A stretch of 64,000 bases of DNA from Lingula anatina (Eukaryota > Animalia > Brachiopoda): contig CM120640.1 in the NCBI GenBank assembly GCA_051362555.1, positions 67,434,788 to 67,498,787 of the forward strand. Reading direction: 5' to 3'. The notes under the pieces were generated by a model. The model saw nothing but the letters and a program-made list of their open reading frames with translations. It ran no database searches and was not told the DNA's origin. Both the position numbers and the translations under genes were made by a program. Positions 11,962 through 27,500 of this stretch are shown here, piece by piece (position 1 is the stretch's first letter; each line of letters starts with the position of its first letter).

Positions 11962-14613
11962 CTACAGGAAATAGATATTGATAGTCGCCATTCAGCTTGC
12001 ATTTCTTTCATATCGTATGCTGCACACGATCCAGAAGACATTCTGCGCTCGACTAATATAATTTTTTCCAACCGACCCTCCTACGAGAGCCTGCTGGCTA
12101 AAACGACATTGGTCCGCCATCGACTGTCGCTTAATGCTATCTGGAAAGTGTGACTATATCACCTGCACCACCGTGCCATTGGCGGTTTCAAAAAAATCAA
12201 AATATCTTTCAAACCACACTCCTTTAATGGGTTTTGACGGTTGAAAACTCCTGATGGTATCATTTTGATAAGGTTCAATAGAATATCGAGACGACTTGTG
12301 TTTATCTAAATGGACATTCTGTAACCAGCCAATGGCACGCCCTATTAGTCAAGAAAAAACATATAACCATACGCACATAGATGTACTACATGTCCAATAC
12401 TCACTTATTAACACATAGAAACCAATTGTGCGTGACTACCTCTACACAAAACACCAACCCAGATTCACTAACCGATCTATTCACCGAAAAAAAGACCCCA
12501 GATTATTCGCCATATACCTACAGAGATACGCCCTTAAAATCTTTTGCAAACTCCGTTATTTCATACTCTACCTGATTTAAATTCTTAAAGAAACTGAGGC
12601 GCTGAATCGCATAACCTTTGCTCTAAGAGCAAACTTTTGCTCTAAGGGGAATATTTCATTTCCATCTCAGTTACCTGAGATACGCCTAAAAGCAAAATCT
12701 CATTTTAAGATCTTACTTTATTGCCATTTCATTTTACAGGCTGCACTGAGGGTAAAAGTTCAAAGATTTGGGTAACCCCTTGTAGTTTCCGTTTTCAAAA
12801 TTTTGAGAATAGGTGACCTAGGAAGCTGCTGATTTAACTCCTTGTCAGCTTTAATTTTCGGTTCTCTCATCAGGGTACAAGGTTCGGAATTAAAGGTTAA
12901 CCCTTGGGGTTTCCGTTGCTAGGGTTCAGCCTTAAAGTTGAGGGTGGAATATAAAGAAGTGGTGACTAGAAATGAAACTGCAAAAAAAAATTCTTAGCTG
13001 ACTTTAGTGCTCACTTTTTACGTTTCACCATAACTGACATAGAATCCATTTTTCAGCGAACGTCAGATTGATCTATCAATGCATATAAATTGTCCATAAT
13101 GAACCGAAATGGATGCATGCATTATCATCATATGCAATGTAACTTGTAAAGGGGGTTGATTTCACCAAATCACTGACCGATATAATTGTGTAATGGATGA
13201 CTTTTCCATTATGCAACGTAGCACAGGAAAACAAGTTCCAAAAAGAAGCCAGAAAAGTTTGGACGCGCCTGTAACGAATCACTTCTAGAGCGGCCATATT
13301 ACTAATTTCTGGACCAAAAACAATTGAATGCGACATGAAGAATGGTGCGTAGGCAATTTAAAGTGTTTGATGTTGTAGTTTATGCCGGTAATAAGATCAC
13401 TGCTGGCAGAAGTGATATCTCACACTAAGTTCTATTTTATTGAATTGCCTCCGAGATTTCATGCAATCAAATAAACCTAGAATAAGATTTTAAGCATTGG
13501 TTTAATGTGAATCAATCTAATAGTCCGATACCACGGAGCGAGAATAAATACATTCTCATCATCCATCTTTCAAGCCATCTTAAACCAATGATACCAATGG
13601 TGGGCGATGTTTAATCAACTTTAGCTTCTTAATTAAAGCTTATTTATATTCCACAAAGACGAGAAAGTCCATCGTTGTCTGGATCTGCCAAAGAAGTAGA
13701 CTTCTAACAAAAAAGTAGGCTATAAAACAGTTCGAGATACTAAAACAAATTGGTCAATTTTTTAATTTTAAGCCCCATAAAATGACAAAATAGGTGGCAA
13801 AATAACGTTCACTTTACGATTTTCAAATGATAAATGCAGGTGGAGCGTGGAGGTTTATCCTCGCTAGGGTCGTCAAGTTAACGGAGATATCACTCCAAGC
13901 TAACGCAGCAATGAAATCAGATTTCAAGTTTTTAGCTTCACCACAAATTGCGTCTTCCGGCGGAACACATGGCCTTTGTTGGTGCGGTCAAATCAGTGAT
14001 GCGCATTAACGTTTCTATATATCATTTTGACAACCCGTTGATTCCCAACGCTACTTTAATAGTTAGAACGGACGATGTGTGTTGTTATTGAATGATATAG
14101 GCAATGGGTCGATTTTGGGAAACCTTACATCAGTGCTAGATGATTGAACACACTCAGAAACATGAGAGTTTAAGTTGGCACTTTGTATTGATGGTTTCTA
14201 TGCCGTATATAAACGTTCTCGTTTTAATCATTTAGAACCTCTTAATAAATATCTTTTTTGTTTCTTTCTTACAAATTCCAGATCAGATTCGAATGCGTTG
14301 TAAAAGTTGAGTAGATGCATTAGACATTGCCCTTTTCTCCAAAAAATCTAACAATATCTACAAGTTGGAAAATAAGAGAGCCCATACGTCCAGCTAGGAC
14401 CCATCTAATACCTTAATTGGTGGGTTCTGGTCTCCAACAATCCATCACCATATTATATTGTTTAGGAAGCACCTCAGTGATTTAATCGACTTAACTAAAT
14501 GCCAACATTTCGTAGACAGACTGGTTACAGGTAATAAGGACATTCATAGAGCAACCACCCCACAATCCTCTTTGAGGGTGAATTTACACCCTGGTTTATA
14601 TTTCAGTGTGTTA

Positions 14614-14836
14614 GGGTGCGTTCACAATGAATTTATCGTTCTAGCTATTGCGAGGAATCTCGCTGAATGCAATCAGACTAACCCGTCTCCTCCTGGCGTT
14701 GAGTATAATATAGGAACGCTGGTGATTATACGAGTACGTCGGAGAAGGCGTGTTAGTCTGTAAATCTGATTGCATTCAGCGAGAGCCCTGTGGAGTTAGT
14801 GCGCACTAGAACGATAGATTCATTGTGAAGGAGCCC
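14614..14836. mobile_element. Harbinger-like MITE containing a nested ~127-bp hairpin element (14658-14784)
   Basis: Outer TIR GGGTGCGTTCACAATGAATTTATCGTTCTAG / CTAGAACGATAGATTCATTGTGAAGGAGCCC with TTA/TTG flanks; inner perfect 20-bp inverted repeat TCTCGCTGAATGCAATCAGA / TCTGATTGCATTCAGCGAGA. Confidence 0.7.
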
Positions 14837-15058
14837 TTGGAGCGACATGAACATTGCGAGGAATCTCGCTGAATGCAATCAGACTAACCCGTCTCCTCCT
14901 GGCGTTGAGTATAATATAGGAACGCTGGTGATTATACGAGTACGTCGGAGAAGGCGTGTTAGTCTGTAAATCTGATTGCATTCAGCGAGAGCCCTGTGGA
15001 GTTAGTGCGCACTAGAACGATAGATTCATTGTGAAGGAGCCCTTGGAGCGACATGAAC
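14647..15058. repeat. Tandem duplication, 2 x 206 bp
   Basis: 14647-14852 and 14853-15058 read identically by eye (ATTGCGAGGAATCTCGC...GGAGCGACATGAAC). Confidence 0.92.
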
Positions 15059-16447
15059 ATATACTGCAAGTACCCATAGACAGCCCTACCTCGCGATGTT
15101 GATGGATCGTGTAAAATCCCGGAATCCATTTTCAGATCGGAATCTCTCCCAAAATCTATCTCATAGGCCATTGTATGAAGTCCATCAACTGATAAAAATT
15201 AATAAATTCAGACCAATTTACACTTTCCTTTTGGACGAACAGACGGACAGACAAAGGAACAAATAAAAACACAATCAAAAATTCATTAATCAAGGTTTCA
15301 AGAAATCAATCGAGCTCTTGATATTTTCGTATCCCTAAAATAATTGAGATCCCACAAAAGCGTCCATCATGTAATTTGATTTAACATCATCTGCGTCTAC
15401 TCGTGTCTCAAAGTGTGGTCTCAAACACTGTAACAGTTGCCTTTCCTGATAACCCTGTTTGAGCCCTTATTCGTATGCATTGCTCCAAGTGTCCGTTAGA
15501 ATCACGCCTTGGTAGACGTTATAAATGAACAATTACACTGGCGGCGACCTGTGTCTCCTTACACTCCAGAAGTAACAGGATCCTGGCAATGTCTTAATAT
15601 GAATTTCTTTTCTTAAATCAACGCTAATTTGTGGAACCGAAAGACTATGCTCTTACGGAAAAGAAATCATTCACGTTCGACAAGTAGACTTGAAAATTAT
15701 ACCCGTCTTAATGATGCTGCCTCGTCTCGTTATGATCTAATTTGGGCATGTCATTGCAATTCATGTCAAATCATAGCTGATTAGCATATAAAGGGTCGAT
15801 TTTAGAATAACTGAGCATCTTGATGCAAATGATACGTAAGCAATGATGCATTAAACTTTAGAGATAGTAAATCTATCGTATGCTACAGTTCACAGACGTA
15901 GACGATGTTTAGGTGCAATTGTTCTTGGGATACATTTTATGGATAACCATTATAAAATGTTATGATAGTCGATATGATTGTAAATCTGACACTTTTAGAA
16001 TTCCTTCGACGCAAGTGAGACCACATCCAAGCAAAAAAGTCGCATAAACTAAAATATGTCTACATTATATACGGAGTATATATTCACACAAATACACATA
16101 CTTCTGCAACTGCCACTGATTACGATACAAATACAAACTCACACACATACACACCTATTTCAATTAGCTAACATAAGCGGGAGCAACTGCATCGATTTAT
16201 CTCACCCTCTACACTTGTTAAACATTTTATGTGGAATTCAATCATTACGTTTCCTGGTGCTATCAATTACGTTTCCAAGACTGACACCATTAACAGGTAC
16301 GCTGAGATAAATGCCCGGTCATCTACCGGTAATATAAACCTAAATCTCACCATAAAAAGAAAAAAATACAGCGATTAACGTCAAATAAATATTTATTAAA
16401 TGACCAATAAACTCTATGCTGCAATTTCCTGCCCTCTCCATACTTAC

Positions 16448-17026
16448 CTAATACTCTTAGAGCAGTCTTCCTCACACCAGAGACGGCATCCGAACTGCCA
16501 TGTCCAAGACCACTGGTGTTGTGGGCATGTCCATTACTTCGTCCCTCTGCCGACGAAGTCCTTGCCAAGGCAGCGGACTTCCTCAGGGTGATCCCAATCA
16601 GTATGTACATAATAATAATAGTTGTCATTGGTGCCACGAAAAACACAAAAGCAGAGATTTGAACCATGTACCGCAGTGCTTCTAAAAATTCAAAACTGAT
16701 GCTGCACACCAGGGATTCTTCCAACGGCTTTCCTTCATGGTCGAAGATGTCGTAGAAAGTCCTTGTGAATATTGGGAAAGGTAGGGCGCAGACGCAGGCT
16801 ATTACCCATGTGATCACGATTATAACCACAGCCCGTGATAAATTGGACATAGTTTGTGATTTAATTGGGTGACATATGGCAACGTACCTCTCCACGGTGA
16901 AGGCGGTGATAGTCAGAATAGAGGCATAGGATGTCATTTCGGAGACAAAGTTTTTGAAGATGCAAAACGGTTCACCAAATATCCATGGGAAAGGTTTCCA
17001 GATTAGAACCAAATCAGGCGGCAAAC
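16448..17026 (-). CDS. Neuromedin U/pyrokinin/CAPA-type GPCR, exon 2 (end of TM2 to ICL3)
   Basis: Acceptor TTTTTCATAG|GT, donor TAG|GTAAGT; 579 nt, phase 1-1; encodes LPPDL..W..FPWIFGEPFC, SEMTSYASILTITAFTVERYVAICHP (ERY motif typical of this family), TM4, and TM5 FFVAPMTTIIIMYILIG. Confidence 0.95.
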
Positions 17027-18555
17027 CTATGAAAAAAAATGAACAAGTAAAAAGATGCAATCAAAATAAAATTTTGGCACATTAGAATAGTGATAGCTTA
17101 TTAGTTCACAGAGCGAGATGCAATACTAGACGAATTAATAACACATCTTAGGCATTAATTTCTACAGATTATGACAGGTGCATGCTGCCAGATCTGTTAA
17201 CATCAATAATATCACATTTGCGGCACTTTGAGGAGTTTAATCGAAATGCTGAACGAGCCGCAAACGATTTTCCATGACTAACCTAGAAAGATATCGAAAA
17301 ATCTAAGAAGGCTTCACACAGAAATAAAAATTAATGTGAAATAGAATGACTTCTGTGAACACACCTACACAACAAGAAAAGTAAGGCAGTGCTTACTAGA
17401 GCAATTGGTCTTTTAATTAAACTAACATTGCCAGTGACTGGCTATACCAACAATGATTGCTTATTTATTGAAAATGAACAACTGGCTGTCTTTAAGATAA
17501 CACTGCAGGGAAAGGAATATAATCGTGAAGTTATCTTAAGAAGAACATATTAGTTGTGTTTTGGTGGTGACGGTTGTGGAACAGGTGAAGTCACACAGTT
17601 TTATTGTTTTTATTTAGCATCATTCAGTTTGTTAACCTTATAAATGTATAACAAATGGAAGATATATAAGATGAAGATGCTGATGTGTTAGTTTAGTTCA
17701 TATTTTCAGTCTGAGCGTGAGGAATTTTATTCGTTCTAGGACGTATCAGGTGGCATTTTGTTCTTAAAACCCGGCAAGTGTATTCCAAACATCATTTCTT
17801 AATTGTTTCCACTTGGTTCAAGCACTGAAGAATATCCTTTTACTTTGTCCAGATTTACTGAACGGTGTGTTACATGTACTCTCAGGTGGTCTTCAAGTTC
17901 CTTCCTGTCACATTGCCAGTCGCCCCTTTATAAAGAATTTATTTTTTAAGTCGTTTATGGTGTAGGAAATGTGATTCACGGTATGGTTGAGAAAAACATT
18001 AACGCTTATTTAGTTCTTAGGGATCACACGCTTTTTAAAGAGTGAATCAAAGTACGTTCCTGTTTAATTGTCTACTGGTCAAAAATTAGTGCCTAAGGTT
18101 GGAATCATAAAAAAAATGCATTTTGGGTTCCAAAATGTCACTTTCCGCTCGGTTTTCCTCAGGGCATCGAAAATATATGACGACGTTCATAATCAAAAGG
18201 TAAGTAATTGCCTTTAGGGCTACTGACAAATAGCGTCTGTTGTAGGTCTTCTAAATGTCACCCACATCTGCCATTTAAAGTGACAGCCATTCACAACGGA
18301 ATCAAACTTTTCCATGCCGTTATCGTAATGGAAGAACCCAGTTCGCCGTTTCCGTCATCTCCCCTTCACATAGCTCGTTGAGCCATAATTAAGTTTCCTG
18401 ATAGAAATGGCATCACCAGTTTATGGAGCGGAAAGCCGAAGAACTCGTGATTTCCTAGTCTTGCATGCAACAGCTGAATAACAGTTTGCATCTAAACTAA
18501 GATAGCACGGGTTAATCTATTGACATTATATTTTCTTTACCTTCACGCAAGCACG

Positions 18556-18580
18556 CACACACACACACACACACACACAC
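18556..18580. repeat. (CA)n microsatellite
   Basis: About 12 consecutive CA units in GPCR intron 1. Confidence 0.9.
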
Positions 18581-21500
18581 TAAAATGACAGAAACATTCG
18601 CCGCTTCTTGTTGTTTCTGTGAGCGCATCACCTTTGGCAAAGAAGACCTCGGCGCGCCTACATGTAGTAGCTATGTTGTATAAGTCAGGGTTAATTCAGT
18701 AATTGGCAGTCAAGGTGTCTATACCGCCATTACAGAATAGATAGGTTTGGAAAGAAAATTCTTCTGTTGCAAACTTGAGCAGTATGACCGGTTAATCTGA
18801 GAGAAAAGCAGCCTTTTATCTTAACTGAATGTAGATAAATATGCAGACCAATAATGAATGTCGTTCAAATAAGGTTCATGAAAGAACAATCCATCAATAT
18901 ATAAGAGGGTGCTTCCATCGCTCTGACGACGTGACCGATTCATCAAATAAAAAAGTGTATCCGAGACGACGAATGTCTGCGGGGAATGAAAGGGAATAAA
19001 AACGTTTTGGGAACAAATGCGCGTGGCCCCTCGTACCAGAAGTTGACAAATTTTCCAATACATGGTTAATGTTTTCAATATAAATATGTTTTAATCTTCG
19101 ACTCAGATCATTATACTTACATCTGTTTTGTAATATATTTAAGATATGCCAGTGGTATCGATTATTGCGTTATAGCACGGTTCATTGCAAAAGCCTACAA
19201 GGAAATCTATAAGAGTGTAAGACAGCCCGTCTATTGTAATATACAAGCTGTAAGTGACAAGACAAGCCTCATTAAGAAGCAATGCTACGCTTCAGTCAAA
19301 AGAAACTAGAGTTTCTACCAAAACACGTGTTTAAAGTCTGACCACAAAGTGACAAGAGTTGTGTCAAGCTGTTGGTTGAAGATGATACATCAAGTTATTA
19401 AGAATACTTATCCTAAAATATAATGCAGTTTGCTTTGAAGTGAAGAACAATACACAATATCCAAGATTTCTCTCTATTTAGACGGTGTTTTTTGGTTACT
19501 TATTACTGGGACATAATAAGGGACTATGTTGATCAAAGTATCGATGACAGGTAGAGCCGGTATTGTCTTCACGTGTCATTTTTACCTTTTGAAGTGCCTG
19601 GGAGCATACACGTAGAATACTAATTGGGTGTAGATAGCAATCGGTTAGGGAGATTTTTTTCAGTATCAAGGAATTAACAGAAAACCGCTGAGCAGTTTCC
19701 GTTTAAGAGTGGGAAGTTGGGATTTGTGATACATGATTCGAATTTATTATTTTCTTACAAGCAAAAAAGAAAGAAAAAACTATGATCAAATACAGTAAAT
19801 GTGGATTTTCAGTTATATTAAACAAAAACCTACGTTGGAATCCTGTTTTTACATTTCCAAATAATAATAATAATAATAAATAAAATAAACAAATAAATAA
19901 ATAACTTATGTAGAAGAATATACTGTTGATTCCATGCCGTATTCATATTCGAAAAGATATTGAATAAAAGACAAATCTTTAAAAAAAAAAAAAAGGCGAA
20001 AAAAGCAACTACCAGCGTTATTACATTAACCGCTGGCTTAAACCATAGACCCACAAAAATATTACATTTTCATATATAGCCCATGGAAATTGGTCTGTCA
20101 AAAACAATAAACGTGTATAATGAGAATATGCGTCTATAACCAAAGGGGCCAGTGACCGTCGGAATTTCTAGTATCCACATCATCAAGTGAAGGTAGGACA
20201 AGCAGGATAAACGCAGCTTTCTGCGAAAACGATTATCGTTCTCTTAAGATTGTTAAATAAAGAAGTCTCTAGCTGAATCTGGAATCAAGTCCTATACCAA
20301 AAGCATGTATCATTAATCTGTTACCGATATTGGTTAATGTTTACTGGCTTTGATAATGATCCTCCTGCGCAAAAAGCTTGAAACAGGCATGTATTTTAAA
20401 AGGAAAGTAAGCGAACTTTCTGTGTTAATGTAAAGTGGACTTAGTAATTGGCTCTAAATGACATAAGTTAACCATGTTTATAAGAATAAAAAATTATTTC
20501 ACGGGCCACTTAAAAAAACACTAAATGCAAAGCCGCGCACAGTAGCCTTTCGTGTTGTAAATAACAAATGATTGTGGTGATATTTTGTACTGTATATTGG
20601 CCGATGGGCCTACTATGTTTTGAATGAATGGGACATTTTGAGTTCACGTTGGTCTGTGATGGCGTGTTCCTCGCCAAAAATGCCCTTCTTTCAGAGTGTT
20701 AGCGCGTATTGTTGCATAAAATGGGAAAACCTTTTTTCAGCTTTCGCCTTAAACTAGTGAGGGAAATACTTCGAGAACTATTGATCAACTGCTTCACCAT
20801 ATCTGTGATGTATTCTGGCTAACGATATTCCCATCGATACGTGTTTAGTATTTGCGGAATGTAAAGTTAAGAATGATACCTATATGACACTAATTACAAA
20901 CTTATATTTACTGCTTATACACTACTACCCAAATCATGTATACACCCAAATCACGTATAAAACTTACAGGGCAATCTTCCCCGAAAATTATGTTATCTTC
21001 ACAGAAAAACAGGGCTTAAGACTGATAGAGGGTGTTACATAGAATAACAAGGATACAGATAAGAACTGACAAATGATGTTTGGAATTTAAAATGAAGTGT
21101 GACACGTAAAATGATGTACATCCAGAAAACAGCTGAAGCCCAAAGTGATAATCCTTTGACAATGGCAAGTTTTTCAAATACCAATAACAAACAAGGATGT
21201 ACATCGAGTCCTACGGACAGGAGAGACTTTTTGCCGCACACACAACACCCATATCAGATCAAAATTTTCTAGTGCTGGATACAAACAGTACAAAACAAAA
21301 CAAATGAAGATAGACAGATTCTTCTTATTCGTTCCTGTAAATGCATTTTGTAGTTCAACATAATATCTTTAATTTCAGTAATGCAGAAATATAATCTTTT
21401 GCTGCAAATCTCGTAACATGTCCAACTCTTCAGGCATTATGACAGCTCGAAATGAGTTTCGAACCATAAAATGTAGAAAAGTTTAGGTTCTGTTATCAAT

Positions 21501-24500
21501 ATTTTAAACCCAACTGTACCAACCTACGACAGGCAGCCAAATATGACCAAAGCATCAGGCAGTAATGATTGTCCTACGGGATTAATAAACGCTCGAAGAC
21601 ACGCTGTTGTCGACATTTCCGTGCAACCATTTAATTATAAAGAAGGAAACTTTGCAATTTACAAGTTAATGTTCATTCTTATTTGAGATACAGTTTCCGA
21701 CAGGTGGTTAACCTCCAACTCCCAGTATGCTGCCAGTTAGGAAAGGCACACTTTGCCATGCAGATAATGAACAGCAAGTAGACCAGAAAACCTTGTTAAC
21801 GTTCATGTGGGAACCGCTTTTGATTGGTTTGCAAGGTGCGCCGACGTAAAGGAGACTCAATTGGTTTTACAAGAATTATATTCGTTAACAAAAGCAGATA
21901 AGATCCATAAACGCACTTTGATTATTTTGATTGGATGAGCTGAAGTAAATATTGAAGTAATGTAAAAATGATTTTAATTAGGGAATCAACCATGGACTTC
22001 CACACACATATATATTTTAGGGTCTTTAGTCAAAGCACTCCACGTCCTTGCACAAAGAGCCTTTTGGTTATGCAGGAAATGTGTCGTGTGGAATAGTTCT
22101 GAGAAATGTATCAATGGTATGACATTAATTCCTTTGATGGATGAGAAGCTTTGTCTTAGAGGACAATCAAAGAGTTCGTTTAACTGGAAACAAACGATTT
22201 CGATAATCGACAAACGAAAGATTTTTCATTTACAGGCGGTTGCTTCATTGATTCATATTCACCCTGCACTTCATTGTCAATTTACTTCTTCGTTGATTTT
22301 GAGACTTTCGCATCATGGCTAATCTTAAAATCTCTCAGCATTGATGATATTTCAACCTATGCCCTTCACATTCTTAGAACACAGCGCGGTACCACATGAA
22401 CAGCTGTCACCGAGTTCGAATAAAAACGATCTTTATAACGCCTACTTCTGTTTCGCATGAAAGTGTATCTTGTACATGTATATATTCCAAAATATTCAAA
22501 GCTCTCAATAGGTAGGAGGTAACTTAAAGAATCCCGTGGAGTTGTGATCAATGAAAAAATATCGTTGTCCAAAAACTAAAGAAAAGCACTCGTCTTATTT
22601 GTGAAATAAACTACATCTAACTAAATATTATTCAAACACTAAGACTTTAACTGTACCTGTGACAAAGTATGAGGATCACGCTTTTGTAACCCTTTATTAT
22701 CATTCAGATAGACCAAAAATGGTTTTTTCCCCGCAGCTAATAATTCAATAATGCATCTATCTTTGTGCTGATTTAAAACAATAAAAATCTCCTCGAAAAT
22801 ATAAAATATCTGCGTTCATATTCCTCGGTGCAATGTATAAGCATAGGCAACTCAAAGCTTTAATCGCCAATGTAACATCTTTCTATTTTGAAGTGAGATA
22901 GCAATCGGTATGGGGCGCAACTTCCTCCCTGAATAAGATTTTATCACGAAAATTGGCAGAGTTGACCACTAGTGTATAGGCTACAATCCCGTGCCGTCAT
23001 TGTGGTGTAAATGTCTTTGCCGTGGATTTATGAGCCCTTAATTACATATTTTAATTAAACAGAGGCGTTATTTTGCTTTATCAAGGATAAAATCTGAGCT
23101 AAGCCTTTTAAGAAAAATCACTTTGGAGTCTTTGGAGTACAAAATGGTGTCATTAAATTGGCGTTAAAACGGTGTTCGTGGGTGCTTAGGTAAAGGAGAA
23201 ATTTGAGAAACCGATTTTCCAATTTTTACCCTAAAATCGTAATTATGACTTCACCCATAAGATGACATGTGTGAAAATGTTAATAAATTTAGTCAATGAA
23301 CACTGGATCTGTTATCCAAAAAAAGTGCATAAGGAGGTTTGGGCAAAGGGTAATATTAATCTTAAAGATAAAACAACTTCACCCACGGTTAAATGTTTGT
23401 CTCAAATCCCTGACACCAGTGTCAAAACAAGTGTGAAAACATTCGCCAAAAATATACTTTTCCTGCAAAACCAATGACAAGAACTTTTCTTGAGTCACCA
23501 TCGGCTAATCCATGCATGCTTTTTCTGCCGACATGTCAACGAAACTACATGAATATCATCATGCAAAAACCTTGATTTTGATACAATAAACTGACAAAAA
23601 TTAATTGTTATAGAAAAAAGGTTTAGTTCGAGTTTTATCGCTCTGCGCGTGTTGTTAATGGACAAGTCCTGTCCATTCACGAATTAAATCTTCCCATATT
23701 TGAAAACGAATGCCACACGCCTGCTTGATCGTGATAAATAAGTTACCACGATGATTCTTTAAAGTGGTTTGGAGCGAGACACGATAAACACAAATAAGCT
23801 CGCCTGGAAAATTTCAATTTTTCATGGACTATTAATGCGACCATAGTGAGAGGGCTGCCGAAGTGACATTGCTCGTGCACATCAGCAATCTTAAAAGCAG
23901 ACGACACGCAGAGAAAATGTCGCCTAACAGAACTAGACAAGTCTCACTTCCTCCATTTTCATTGAAAAAAATTAGAGCTAATACTCCCCTATCGTGTATG
24001 TCTGTTAGCATGCTCAGGAGCGTTATGAAAGTTATACTTATGGTTAAAAATTAATCCAAGAAAAATCCTGTGTAAGGTTTTTTCATACTGACATTATTCA
24101 ATCTAATTACGAGAAGCTCAAACGCAAAATGACTCCACACTTATTCACTCCCGCAGCGCCCCGCCATTCCCTCAACTTAGTCAATTTCATTTAGACGTTT
24201 CAAAAGAAACAACGTGAGAAATTTTCGAACTTTAAGTAGTTATTTGTAGAGCATATGAAAATGACTGGGTAATGAAACGAAACGTATTAAATTTTCGAGG
24301 ATAGCCATAGAGTATTTCATTCTGATTGCCTATTGCCTCTGGGATCAGAGAAGATGACTTAATCAAATTCATCTGCAGTCACGAGTTTGTCAAATTAAAA
24401 CCAAACAAGTCAGCTCAGACGTGGGCGGTTCTTAGAATACATCAATATGCATGGGGAGGGTGACCTATAGTACTAATACCATTTAATTGGCATAAGGAAT

Positions 24501-27500
24501 AGGTTAAGTCGTTCTGTCACATGGGTATTCATTTACCTTGTTGCCCACGTCAGCTCGTGTTCACCAGAAGGAGGGAGAACGATGACGTACTACATTTATA
24601 AATAGGTGAGGAGGAGAAATAAGTTTTACATGTAGGTGGGGAATTCCTCACTGCTACATGTATAAAATAATAAAATAAATAATAATAAAATAATTAATTA
24701 AGCTTGTCCTTTTTGGATTGTATACTAACATTTCCTCTTAAATGTCTTCAAATTTTTTCATTCTTACTTATAATCTAGATATTTTGTCAACTGATGAGTT
24801 AAGTGTAAACCAAATATAAACATTCCCGCTCTGTTTTTCTTTCGAATACGAAGAGATTCCACTGTTTTTGAGGACTAAAGAAGATATACAGAAGGCCACC
24901 TCAGCAACAGATCAATATGCATAGGACCAGCTGAGACGCGATGCAAAAGCCACTTAATTCTCTCAAATACGAAGTTTAAACGTTTTGCCACATGGGTATG
25001 CTTTCCTGAGAACAGGACTTCTTGACATGCGGGATATTCGATTGGGATAAGCCATGGTGCCTTCAAAGCGGCCAGACAGCGTTTTATAAGACATATGTAT
25101 AGAAAACTTTCTTCGAGATGTTACTGGAAAATGGATGGATGCATACACTTACACGTTAAGAATTCTACAGTTTAACTACTTGACATTACAATCCCCTCAG
25201 CTGATAGTTGTTTGAGGTCACCGATATGCAAAACACGGCGTTATTCTAGACATGATACTAGTATATCTTTGAATTTGTAATCTTGGTAAAACTCTTCGTT
25301 GCCAGCTAGTATGCCAAAATTTTGTACTTTGTTAATAAAAAAACATTTCAAATTACATAGGGCTGTTTTTATTCTGGGGAATCATGAACGGATGAAGCGG
25401 ACCTAATAATTTAATAGATGGATGAATTGCGGAGGTTATCATAGCTAACAGTGTATCTTGTGGTTTATAAGCTCGTAATTTCCCAGTTGGTTTTCCATTT
25501 GAAATATCATCCCGAAGTATATCCTTCTATCCCTTTGATTGGGGTACTCCTTCTTGTAGGGGTAGAAATGAATAACAGTCACTATATTAAGGTGAAAGCC
25601 GAAGTGGTCAAGCTAGTTTGGGATATGGTACATATGAGGTTTTTGCATAGACACCATAAAGATACGTCCACTAATCAGAAACCATTTATAATTTATTTTC
25701 ATTTTATATGTGATCCTATTATACTTCAAGTTTGGTCTAGGTGTAAACGGATGGCTTGGAAAAGTCGAGTGTCAACAGAGGGAATCCAAGGTGCAGCATT
25801 AAGGCGCGTCACGCACTTTCCTGTTCCGCGTTTTCCGCAAAAACTAACGTGCTGCACCTATTTTGTTCTTGAGATTTAGAACTACAGAAGACATCGTATC
25901 ATGCAAAACGTCACTTTAAATCATAAGCGCAATGACCCCATTCTCATGTTTCAAAGTAAGGTCCAAGTAATGATTTTATTCTGACTCCTCGCACATCAGT
26001 TGTATTTCATCTATACACCTGTAGGCTGATGGTGTCTAACGGTAACTACTTGTTGGGTGACTCCCTACCAGGTCAGGGCTGATCAATGAAACCAGTCATC
26101 TACAGACAAATACTTGCTGAGATAAACAGCCATTTTGCGAGCTGCACATCCCATAAACATTATATTTTGCATCATAGTATATTTTATGTAGTCTAAGATT
26201 CTGGACAATGGAAAATGGTGAAAGTTCACCAATTCTTATTTCAAATCACCTATTAGCTAGAAAATTTGTGCTATAAAATTATTTACAAAATTAAAATGAC
26301 GGGGGCCTCAGGCCCTGGAGTCATTGTGCCTGGAAAAATAAAATAGAAAAATTAAATTTGTATTACAATGTCTGCCAATCCCGTGAAATTGCGCCGATTG
26401 CCCTTAAATTTGGCAGCATTAAGGGTCTGTGACTGACATCCATACTACGGATGCTTTCATAAAGGGAAGTCCGTTTATGAAGGTAGCGGGCGCGACGCAG
26501 AGAGACGAACATATTTCTAAACAAATATAAACAATGCAGACTTAACTAATTGAAGCAAACAGAAAACAGCTTCATTCGTGACCGATTCACATGTACATCA
26601 ATCCCCCGCCCCCAAATACAATAAAACAACAACATAACAGTAATGAACTCTGTATTTTGCTTGCTTGTTCCAGTTCTTTATCTAGATTCCTAAGATAGCT
26701 CTTCTAAATGAGGGTTTAACTAACGCTTTCCGTCCTATCCTTTCTCCATCTAATTACAATATGGATATACTCCATTAATAATCTGTCCCACGACATTGTA
26801 TTGATATTGCAAGACTGAGGCTGTATTGAAGCCATTACTGATATATTGCAAGGAGAACGACTACGTGCAGCCAGGCATTCTTTAAAAAAACAGCACTTGA
26901 AGCTCTGGCAGAAACCTCACCATCTCAAACAATGGTAAATTGTGAGGAAATTAAAAATGGTGCCCACACGGGATATCAACACCGTCACTAATTAAGGCAG
27001 GAAAGGGCATTTGGTTTTGGAGAGCGTTGATCGAAACATAACCGTGCGTATATGTATCACGCTTCCTTTTAACAAATGATTTTTGAGGCATTGTTTGAAT
27101 ATCGAGCCTCCAAGAGAATAAGGGGATTTGTTACAAATGCTAGTACCTGTTACTTATATTTACTTAAAAACTATGATTGTTTTTTTATATTTAAACATAT
27201 ATTATAAGGGACAATGCACTTGAAAAGAACAGAATAATGCCATAAATGCAGTTTTAACCTAAATAAAAGACTTTTTTATCCTGGAAGCTACTTAATGCAA
27301 GTCTGTTACATCTGATAAACTACTATCACGATCGGCTCTCCTTCAGAGGTGACATTGATATAAATAGACAGATAGCCAGTAAACATACAGATTCAAATTG
27401 GAGTATTCCCAAAAAGAAGCTGAATTTATTCGTGTTAGAGATACTTTACGTCCTGTCTTTAGTTTTGCACTTAACGGGCGTAAAAATGACCTTGATCTCG

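Noticed and set aside
12597-12935. Palindromic TTTGCTCTAAGAGCAAA words and AGGCTG...CAGCCT ends suggesting further MITE relics
   Set aside because: Probably decayed repeats, but boundaries and TSDs could not be fixed by eye.
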